Below are positions 44,857-51,649 of a stretch of DNA of 64,000 nucleotides, piece after piece. The notes under the pieces are model-generated. The model saw nothing but the letters and a program-made list of their open reading frames with translations. It was not told where the DNA came from and made no database searches. This DNA is from an uncultured Prevotellaceae bacterium. Lineage in GTDB: Bacteria; Bacteroidota; Bacteroidia; Bacteroidales; Bacteroidaceae. Both the position numbers and the translations under genes were made by a program. The stretch spans positions 8,522 through 72,521 of the forward strand of contig CAMVIM010000009.1 in the NCBI GenBank assembly GCA_947167515.1. The letters are read 5' to 3'. How positions within the stretch are numbered: position 1 is the first letter of the stretch; every line of letters starts with the position of its first letter.

Positions 44857-44940
44857 TTCTATGAATTATATAATCCATTCTTAGAATTGTGTAATCCATA
44901 CTATGAATTATATAATCCATACTATGAATCTAAAGTGGAA
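44857..44940 (+). repeat. 4 x 21-bp tandem repeat
   Basis: The units are ttctatgaattatataatcca, ttcttagaattgtgtaatcca, tactatgaattatataatcca and tactatgaatctaaagtggaa. Confidence 0.8.
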
Positions 44941-45110
44941 ACGACGCTGAGTAAGAAGAGGTTGTTGCACTGAGGCAAAAGAGAATACGGCACAAGGGCA
45001 ATGGTGGATATTCCACATTAGCGATGGTGTATATTCCATAGAGGTGATGGTGAACACCTCACACAAAAATCATAGAGAACACAGAAAAGATGGAGTGGCT
45101 TTTTCGATTG

Positions 45111-45146
45111 CCTAAATTCCGCGCGGAATTTGGGCTTTTCTCTTTT
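45111..45146 (+). terminator. Terminator-like hairpin plus T-rich tail
   Basis: cctaaattccgc/gcggaatttggg forms a 12-bp stem. The one G-U pair forms only in a plus-strand transcript. The hairpin is followed by cttttctctttt. Confidence 0.5.
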
Positions 45147-45181
45147 AACTCAAAAAAACGTGAGCAATCTACTTCGCTTAC

Positions 45182-45302
45182 GTTGTTCGAGGTATTGGGG
45201 ATAACCTTGGTGGCTTAAACGAGTAAATGCCCACGCCGAGCGGCGTGAACTATCTACTTCAGTCCTTGCTACTGTTGTCTAATTCCCCAATTATCGAACA
45301 AC
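45182..45302 (+). other. ~120-nt element with long-range closing stems (candidate structured RNA or MITE remnant)
   Basis: gttgttcga (45182-45190) pairs with tcgaacaac (45294-45302), and attgggga (45194-45201) with tccccaat (45284-45291). An internal hairpin is cacgcc-gagc-ggcgtg (45232-45247). Confidence 0.4.
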
Positions 45303-45343
45303 AAGAATCAAAAGTGGATATTCAGTCCTCCTTATCTTATTTT
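45288..45343 (+). repeat. Island-flanking direct repeat, left copy
   Basis: caattatcgaacaacaagaatcaaaagtggatattcagtcctccttatcttatttt aligns with 50791-50847. The exact 19-bp core aacaagaatcaaaagtgga is at 45300-45318. Confidence 0.8.
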
Positions 45344-45410
45344 AACGTGAGTTCGATGTAAGGGCTTCCGTAGATGGGGAATTTGTGCGGTTCCACATAT
45401 ACCACGAACG

Positions 45411-45552
45411 CACACCCGTATCCACCGCCATCGCACACCTGCATCCTCCACCATCGTACACCCGTATCCACCGCCATCTCACACCCGTATCAACCTCGCC
45501 CTGTCACCCGTATCAACCTCAGGCTGTCACCCGTATCAACCTCGTACCGTCA
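45411..45552 (+). repeat. Iteron-like array of ~6 x 23-bp tandem repeats
   Basis: cacccgtatc[ca]acc recurs at about 45414, 45460, 45483, 45506 and 45529, with spacing of 46 then 23, 23, 23 nt. A degenerate unit fills the 46-nt gap. Confidence 0.8.
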
Positions 45553-45681
45553 CTCTTCATCACCGTCAATGAAACGACTGACAGGAGTGTGAGATGATGC
45601 CTGCGAGATGGACGAAGACATGAGTGGGCAAAGGGAGTGGATGCGGCTCTCTGTTGTTTCTTATACCGAATTCGCGTAGTT

Positions 45682-46332
45682 TTAGCACTTTTTTATATTT
45701 TCACGATGGTTCTTCAATGTCTTGTAGAAATCTACCACCTCTCGCATTGAGGCGATATACATTTTTAGTCGCCTACCATTGAGCGGTGTCCGCTTGCCAT
45801 CCATCCAACTCAGTTCTTGGAACTCCCGGCAGAATGTCTCGTAGTCAATCTTCCCTTGCTGATACCATAGCAACGCGTCGGCATAGACAGAGTAATACAA
45901 ATTGCAGAACGGCTTGAAGAAGATGAAGTGCTCATCGTCTGCATACACCTTCTTGCAAAACTCCTCCACCACGTTTGGCACGAAATACTCATCAGCATAT
46001 TCATCCACAAGTTGCCTGAACTCCTTGTAGGTGTCAATGCATTCATTCACGCTTTCCTCCTTGGTTTGCAAGAAGTCTGACGGCGATGAATGAATGATAG
46101 TCATCTGATTCATCATTGCTGCCATCCGTTCTGCCTGCTGATAGGAAGTCTTCTCTTCACTCATGAATAACTCTCTATGAAGCATCGCCAAGTGATATTT
46201 ACCGTAAGTTTGTGTCAACTTACAGGCCAGCGTCACATCAAGCGCACGACGTTGATAGCGTTCTGGCAACCCTTGTTGTAGTTTTATGTGACTGAGTGTT
46301 TTCTCAGAGAAATAGTTGTTTGGTGATTTCAT
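45682..46332 (-). CDS. Hypothetical protein (island gene 5)
   Basis: 216 aa, helical and aromatic/acidic-rich. No motif recognised. It lies 70 nt downstream of the nuclease gene on the same strand. Confidence 0.6.
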   Translation of the reverse strand: MKSPNNYFSEKTLSHIKLQQGLPERYQRRALDVTLACKLTQTYGKYHLAMLHRELFMSEEKTSYQQAERMAAMMNQMTIIHSSPSDFLQTKEESVNECIDTYKEFRQLVDEYADEYFVPNVVEEFCKKVYADDEHFIFFKPFCNLYYSVYADALLWYQQGKIDYETFCREFQELSWMDGKRTPLNGRRLKMYIASMREVVDFYKTLKNHRENIKKC

Positions 46333-46402
46333 TTCACAACTGTATTTCTAACTGTTGCCTTTTGAAAAATTGGTTATGCATGTTGTTAATTGCTTGAAAC
46401 AA

Positions 46403-48370
46403 TTATTTGTGGCATTTTGGACATTTATGTCCCTTTGTTCTTTTATTTATGGAAACTTCCCATTCATATCCGCAATGATGACATATCCAATTTGCACGAT
46501 AACTTGAACCTGCAGAATAGTCATTGGGTGTACCCTCGTTTTTCGAATAATCCCAGTCCTTTATCAAATGAGGGTGGGTATCTGCGAAAGCCCCCTTTAA
46601 TTCTACGATTCTTTTACGTTGAGAAAGAATTCTTTGTTTATCTGCACATTGGTTGCAACCCCGACCCTTTGCTCTTGCATCCATTGTTGCCTGCCAGGAA
46701 TGGCCACAAGTTCTGCATATCCACCATACTTTTTTACCACAATGTGGGGGAAGCGTTTGGGGGTCTAACCCTCTATTTCTAACATAATCCCATTCTTTCA
46801 ACAAATGTGGATAATTATCTGCGAATGATCCCTTAAATGCTATGATTCTTTTGTGTTTGGAAAGAGTTCTTTGCTTATCTGCACATTTGGGACATCCTTC
46901 CCCCTTATTACGATGACCAACTCCAACTGCCCAATGGTGACCACAAGTCTTACATACCCACCATACTCTCTTACCGTTATTGACTGTAATCTTATCAGGT
47001 GTAAGGTCTCCATTTCTATCATAATCCCATTCTTTTACAAGTTCTGGATTTTGAGATAGCAAGTCATTCTCTCCAGGGGATAAAATAATCCCTGCACAAT
47101 ATGGGCAGCCATGCCCCTTAAGGCGAGTGTTAACTTGTGCCTTCCACGAATGTCCTTTTTCACATTTCCAGTAAAATTTCTTTGTACTTGTACAAAGTAT
47201 ATATTCTGGTTTAATGTCGCCATTCTTTTCATAATCCCACTGTTTAGCCACTTCGGGGATTCGGGCTACTATACTGTTTTCTTTCTCTGATTGTATATAA
47301 AGTGCATATATTTGATTCCTATCTCTTTCAATATCAATGTCTAATTGATCAATGTACTCTTCTTTACCACATAACTTAAGTATTTCGTTTATAGCCCATT
47401 TTAGATAAGTGTGGTCACCTTGATATTTTACATAAATAATACCATTAGACACTTTGTCGTAATCACCTTCTTTTATCCTTATCAGTCTTATACCATTATC
47501 TGCTAAAAGCTGGTTCTTCTTTTTTTCTCTATTTTGAGACTTTAAGGTTGAATGGTAATAGGCACCATCATATTCTATAGCAGTATTCCATTCTTTTTCG
47601 CCTAAAAAAATGTCTATTTCCTCCCCTTTGAATATATACCTATTTTGTGCTGTTGTCACTTTTCTAAGATAAAAATATATTGCTTGCTCTGGGAAAGAAG
47701 TTCCCCATTCTTTTTTACAATATGGGCAGCCTACATTTAGATTTGCACGAACACTAACGTATTGAGCCCAATGATGGCCTTTGTGACAAATCCAATTAAC
47801 GCGCTTATAAAGATGCGCAGTTACATTATATGGAGTCAATTCTCCATTTTTCTTATAATCCCATTCGTCTGCTAATTGAGGATGAGACTCAACAAGTGTT
47901 TTATTGCCAAATCTCTTTAATTGTTTATCTTTGTATGAGCATTTTTCACAGCTAAATATGGCTTTTGCATGCGAGACGACCATACTTTCCCACTCATAAC
48001 CACAAACATGACATTTCCAATAAACTCTAATGTTTGATCCGGCAGTAACTTGGGTAGGTAAAAGTTCACCATTTTTTTCGTAATCCCAATCTTTTGCTCT
48101 TTCTGGAAAAATGTCTGCAAAACTACCTTTCTTGTTTATTCTTTCAGTGTTCACATTCTTTAAACTGCAATTTGGACATCTGAAACCTTGAAGTCTCCTG
48201 CGACTAGGAGCAGCTTGCCAGCTATGTCCGCATACAGAACACTTCCACCATACTTTATGGGAACTTCCTGCAGTTAGGGTATTTGGATTATGATCTTTGT
48301 TTTTTTCATAATCCCATTCTTTTATATAGTCGTCATACTTGGCAATGGGTAAAAGTTTTGTGTATCTCAT
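46403..48370 (-). CDS. Multi-zinc-ribbon protein with a central PD-(D/E)xK (Vsr/DUF559-like) nuclease domain (island gene 4)
   Basis: Seven modules of the form [ED]WDY.[KR]N...(W|Y)W.C..(C)GH.W......R..G.GCP.C: three before and four after the segment EEIDIFL...NTAIEYDGAYYHS...GIRLIRIKE. Confidence 0.75.
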   Translation of the reverse strand: MRYTKLLPIAKYDDYIKEWDYEKNKDHNPNTLTAGSSHKVWWKCSVCGHSWQAAPSRRRLQGFRCPNCSLKNVNTERINKKGSFADIFPERAKDWDYEKNGELLPTQVTAGSNIRVYWKCHVCGYEWESMVVSHAKAIFSCEKCSYKDKQLKRFGNKTLVESHPQLADEWDYKKNGELTPYNVTAHLYKRVNWICHKGHHWAQYVSVRANLNVGCPYCKKEWGTSFPEQAIYFYLRKVTTAQNRYIFKGEEIDIFLGEKEWNTAIEYDGAYYHSTLKSQNREKKKNQLLADNGIRLIRIKEGDYDKVSNGIIYVKYQGDHTYLKWAINEILKLCGKEEYIDQLDIDIERDRNQIYALYIQSEKENSIVARIPEVAKQWDYEKNGDIKPEYILCTSTKKFYWKCEKGHSWKAQVNTRLKGHGCPYCAGIILSPGENDLLSQNPELVKEWDYDRNGDLTPDKITVNNGKRVWWVCKTCGHHWAVGVGHRNKGEGCPKCADKQRTLSKHKRIIAFKGSFADNYPHLLKEWDYVRNRGLDPQTLPPHCGKKVWWICRTCGHSWQATMDARAKGRGCNQCADKQRILSQRKRIVELKGAFADTHPHLIKDWDYSKNEGTPNDYSAGSSYRANWICHHCGYEWEVSINKRTKGHKCPKCHK

Positions 48371-48485
48371 ACTGTTCGTTTCTTTAAAATCTGATTGATA
48401 TTAGTTGTCGAGAGGCCTAAACACAACGTAAAATCCTTGTTGTTCCATATTATTCTATCTGATATTATACACATGTTCTAAGATT

Positions 48486-49394
48486 TCATTTCTCGCTGTC
48501 GCCACCATTCATTATCGAATCAATACGTTGTCTTTCTTCTTTAATACAACTTTGGCTTAATGTCCGAAACGCTTCTAAAATGTCAGTTAATGGTTTAATG
48601 AGTTGATGGGCTAATTCAGAGTACTGGTTAGAATCCATATTCTTTGAATCTATGCCCATTTCTGCTATTAGATGGTTCAGATTGTCTGAAGCCTCGTTGG
48701 ATATGGGAGTTTTGTTATAATAGAGACATGCAAGCATTTGTATGTCATTGACAACAGACATGTAGCAAGCGTAATTATCTGCTAGCTTCTTTTGGTATGT
48801 ATCACTTATCGTAGTCTTTCTGTTCTCACTGATTACAAGATTGAGAGTTGTATCAGCTTGCTTAAGGGTCTTATATACGGCTTTAATCTTTTGTTGAATA
48901 GATTCAAAAGATGACACCGGAATGGAATTGATGATTTCCCATATTTCGTTCTCCTGAAAGGCTGAGATGTATTTGGCAAGTGCCTCGCGTAAAACATTAA
49001 GCCATTGTATCTCTTGCTGATATAAGAATAAGTTTCTTTGGAGTTGTCGATTCTTTTGGTTCTCCAATCTATTGTTTTCAACTAATTTTGTATACCCGCT
49101 ATTTATATGCATCCGGTTTTTTCCATCATCTCTTTGCTTCTCAAACCTAAGTGAAGCCATTTCTTCTTTATGATTCTTTTGCTGAATAAATAAGATAATA
49201 AAGGCGGTCAATGAACTAATGGTTGCGCCGAGATAGCTCCCCCAGAACGACATCCAATCTTGTAATGTACCTACACTTAATTGGCTTGTTGGCATGAAAA
49301 CCAAAAAGTTCAATAGAATAGGCAATCCGATTATAAAAATTGCAATAACAATTATCCACCAATACTTTTTCATGTAGTTTTTCATTTCTTTCAT
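48486..49394 (-). CDS. Two-TM membrane protein with a ~210-aa helical cytoplasmic domain (island gene 3)
   Basis: TM1 is YWWIIVIAIFIIGLPILLNFLVF and TM2 is FWGSYLGATISSLTAFIILFI. The remainder is Q/N/K/E-rich and helical. Its start is 1 nt after the upstream gene's stop. Confidence 0.65.
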   Translation of the reverse strand: MKEMKNYMKKYWWIIVIAIFIIGLPILLNFLVFMPTSQLSVGTLQDWMSFWGSYLGATISSLTAFIILFIQQKNHKEEMASLRFEKQRDDGKNRMHINSGYTKLVENNRLENQKNRQLQRNLFLYQQEIQWLNVLREALAKYISAFQENEIWEIINSIPVSSFESIQQKIKAVYKTLKQADTTLNLVISENRKTTISDTYQKKLADNYACYMSVVNDIQMLACLYYNKTPISNEASDNLNHLIAEMGIDSKNMDSNQYSELAHQLIKPLTDILEAFRTLSQSCIKEERQRIDSIMNGGDSEK

Positions 49395-49395
49395 T

Positions 49396-50151
49396 TTATG
49401 CTTCTTTTCTATTTTTTGTTACTTTAAGCTGTTTGTCTGCACGGCTTTGAGCCTCTTTCGCTGCTTGTTTTGCAAGTACTGCTGTTTGTTCTGCCTTTTT
49501 ATGGGATGAACGCCCTTTGTTGGTACCTAATATCAAGTCCATTTTTTTACCCAACTCTGCAATGTCGCATCTTACCTCTTCTCTGAAAATAGCCTGTTCA
49601 CGCAACAAGGTTGCAATGTCATGAAGAATAGCAGCGTATTCAGATGATTGTGCAGTGATTTCCTTTTGTTCCTTTATATTAGCATTGGGGGAATTCGGGT
49701 CAACAATGAAATCAAAAACATTCAGGGTGAATGTGGTGCAGAATTTAAGTAAACGGACGACAGGAAGCCTATGAATTGCAAGGAGCGACTCTTTAACACG
49801 GTTTGGGTGTAAACCAACGAAAGGTGCAGCATCACGATACGAAGATATCATACCAGAACTTATTACTTTTTGGATTGCATCTCTATCATAGTAGCACTTT
49901 TTGTAACCACTATATACAATATAGTCCTTATGTTGAGAGACTATATTCTTGTCATCCATGGAGATGAAACGACTGACGGGAACCTGTAAACCATTGGCGA
50001 GGTCTAAAAGCTGTTGAACTGATATTTTTGATGGGGTCTGAACAATACGATACCATGTGGCAATAGCAATGTTTGACTGTTTAGAGATTGCCCCATGTGT
50101 CATAAATAAAACACGAGGTAACTCTTTCAATAATTTTTCATTCAGTTGCAT
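49396..50151 (-). CDS. Tandem-HTH DNA-binding protein with a basic coiled-coil tail (island gene 2)
   Basis: I prefer the ATG at 50151 (MQLNEKLL); the ORF-track start at 50175 is the TTG of the promoter box. Two HTH-like segments are ISVQQLLDLANGLQVPVSRFI and PVVRLLKFCTTFTLNVFDFI. Confidence 0.6.
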   Translation of the reverse strand: MQLNEKLLKELPRVLFMTHGAISKQSNIAIATWYRIVQTPSKISVQQLLDLANGLQVPVSRFISMDDKNIVSQHKDYIVYSGYKKCYYDRDAIQKVISSGMISSYRDAAPFVGLHPNRVKESLLAIHRLPVVRLLKFCTTFTLNVFDFIVDPNSPNANIKEQKEITAQSSEYAAILHDIATLLREQAIFREEVRCDIAELGKKMDLILGTNKGRSSHKKAEQTAVLAKQAAKEAQSRADKQLKVTKNRKEA

Positions 50152-50172
50152 AAGTTTATAGATTTGTGAGTG

Positions 50173-50180
50173 CAAAGGTA
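50173..50180 (-). promoter_or_regulatory. -7 promoter box (TAccTTTG on the minus strand) for the four-gene island operon
   Basis: caaaggta on the plus strand, about 22 nt upstream of the ATG at 50151. Confidence 0.5.
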
Positions 50181-50308
50181 ATTATAAACTATCATATCAA
50201 CAAGAAAATTCTCAAAAAAGTTTGTTTTAACAATCATTTTTGTAGTTAAACTAAACTATATTACCTTGTTTTTGATAGTTCTTGTAATTTTTCCGTAATT
50301 CTACAGAT

Positions 50309-50346
50309 GAAAAAGAAACCCACGTTGCAGTGTTGCAGCGTGGGTA
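50309..50346 (-). terminator. Rho-independent terminator after island gene 1
   Basis: On the minus strand, acccacg-ctgcaacactgcaa-cgtgggt is followed by ttctttttc. Confidence 0.6.
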
Positions 50347-50396
50347 ATAGTCAACAGCGATTGTTGATGGCGGATTCCGCCTCAGTGGGACATTAT

Positions 50397-50750
50397 TCAC
50401 CAGACAATTCCCAACTTGTTCAATGCCTTCTTGGTGCGAAGTAATGTCTCGTAGCCAACGCCTTCCAAGTCCAACAGTTCGCCTGGGGTAAGCGACAAAA
50501 ATTCTTCCAGTGTTTTGATATTCCGTCTCTGGAGAGCAGTCTTTAATCGATATGCCAAAGATTTCTTTTTCCCGAACTCCTTGTACAAATCTTCTAACGT
50601 ATGTCCAACCTTGAAGTCAGATTCCAAAGGTAAAGGAAATCCGACAGGAGCCACCTGTTCACTATCATTCAGAGAAAGGTACTCCCGAATCTCCTTCACC
50701 TCTCTCTCAACACTCTCTAATTTGTCAATAAGTTCCTTTCTAGTCATCAT
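50397..50750 (-). CDS. Small protein with an RNA polymerase alpha-CTD-like helix-hairpin-helix domain (island gene 1)
   Basis: 117 aa. The C-terminus IKTLEEFLSLTPGELLDLEGVGYETLLRTKKALNKLG resembles the RpoA CTD / HhH motif. Confidence 0.55.
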   Translation of the reverse strand: MMTRKELIDKLESVEREVKEIREYLSLNDSEQVAPVGFPLPLESDFKVGHTLEDLYKEFGKKKSLAYRLKTALQRRNIKTLEEFLSLTPGELLDLEGVGYETLLRTKKALNKLGIVW

Positions 50751-50790
50751 AAAATCATATAAGCATTGTTATGGCTTTCCGTAAAACTGT

Positions 50791-50847
50791 CAATTGTCGG
50801 AAAACAAGAATCAAAAGTGGACGTCCAGTCTTATGTCTTATTATTTT
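50791..50847 (+). repeat. Island-flanking direct repeat, right copy
   Basis: caattgtcggaaaacaagaatcaaaagtggacgtccagtcttatgtcttattatttt. The exact 19-bp core is at 50803-50821. Confidence 0.8.
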
Positions 50848-50910
50848 TTATCTATCCATTGGATTATCTGTTTAATGATTACATATTGATATATATTACT
50901 TTCGATTCTT

Positions 50911-51181
50911 TCAGAATAAGTCGGAATGGGTTCCAGTTCCTGTGAACAAGAGTGTCTGTTCTGTATCGTTCTGCTCCCAAATCAAGAGCCAATCAGGTTT
51001 AAGGTGACATTCCCAGCATTCGCCATATTGTCCCGAAAGTTTGTGAGGGTGGTAATTCATAGGAAGTTGACCGTCGGCTTCAGCAAACGGATGGCGGTTT
51101 TGAGTAGTTCCATGTCATATCCGCGCTTACGACATCGTTCCGTGTCTTTGCGGAACGTCTTGGTCATTCTGATTTCGTACA
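50911..51181 (-). pseudogene. yafQ: YafQ/RelE-family toxin gene inactivated by a -1 frameshift
   Basis: My translation gives MYEIRMTKTFRKDTERCRKRGYDMELLKTAIRLL and reaches a stop at 51057-51059. The family continuation EADGQLPMNYHPHKLSGQYGECWECHLKPDWLLIWEQNDTEQTLLFTGTGTHSDLF lies in another frame. The switch is at the A-run 51086-51088. Confidence 0.75.
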
Positions 51182-51188
51182 TGGGTGC

Positions 51189-51392
51189 TCAGATTCCTAA
51201 TGACTTGAACATTTCCTCAGATGAAGAGAATTTCTCCACGCGACCAGCCTGTTTGTCTTCTTGAGAACGTAAGTAACTGCTCTTAGCCTTTGGTGTAACC
51301 TTGGATACGAGCACACCCAATGCCTCCAGATAGGCCATGAGGGCCTTACCGGTGGAAGTTCGCTCGTTCAATGTAATTGTATAAGTTGCCAT
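51189..51392 (-). CDS. Putative antitoxin partner of the decayed YafQ toxin
   Basis: 67 aa, ending 7 nt upstream of the toxin start. No fold assigned; the call rests on position only. Confidence 0.5.
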   Translation of the reverse strand: MATYTITLNERTSTGKALMAYLEALGVLVSKVTPKAKSSYLRSQEDKQAGRVEKFSSSEEMFKSLGI

Positions 51393-51583
51393 TGGTCTTG
51401 AATACGATTGTTACGATTACTATTTTTCCTTTGAATCTACATTTTAAGTAGAATCCGTTGCAAAAATACTAAAAAGAAGTCAAAATGAAGTGTGAATTGC
51501 AGAAAAACTTTATCGTAGAGGCAAAAATAGTAGCATTTTGTACTCTTTTTATAAGGGTAAGGCGGAAAGCACTCTCTCCAAAA

Positions 51584-51625
51584 GCATACCCCTCGACTAC
51601 GAGATGCCGTAGTCGAGGGGTATGC
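51584..51625 (-). terminator. Rho-independent terminator (18-bp perfect stem) after the GH105 gene
   Basis: gcatacccctcgactacg (51584-51601) pairs with cgtagtcgaggggtatgc (51608-51625). On the minus strand the hairpin is followed by ttttgg. Confidence 0.7.
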
Positions 51626-51649
51626 CATGCCGTAGCAAAAGGGTACGGT

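Larger units (their letters stand above)
45288..50847. mobile_element. Putative genomic island (~5.5 kb, AT-rich, five minus-strand genes), with no recombinase recognised
   Basis: It is bracketed by the ~56-bp direct repeats. Its base composition is visibly lower in GC than the flanking helicase and GH105 genes. Confidence 0.55.

Noticed and set aside
45100-45345. tRNA or tmRNA gene as the integration target of the island
   Set aside because: I found no T-loop (GGTTCGAATCC-like) sequence, no acceptor or CCA end and no cloverleaf. The direct-repeat core is AT-rich and not tRNA-like. Only a generic long-range stem structure is visible.
45411-45552. Possible CRISPR array
   Set aside because: The 23-bp units are contiguous with no unique spacers. 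The repeats are too short and degenerate, and there are no cas genes in the window.
45374-45597. 72-aa and 70-aa ORFs on the plus strand
   Set aside because: They are simply translations of the 23-bp tandem repeat array, giving periodic P/T/H-rich peptides. They have no start context.
50926-51264. 112-aa ORF on the plus strand
   Set aside because: It is antisense to the recognisable (frameshifted) yafQ toxin and to the antitoxin 3' end.
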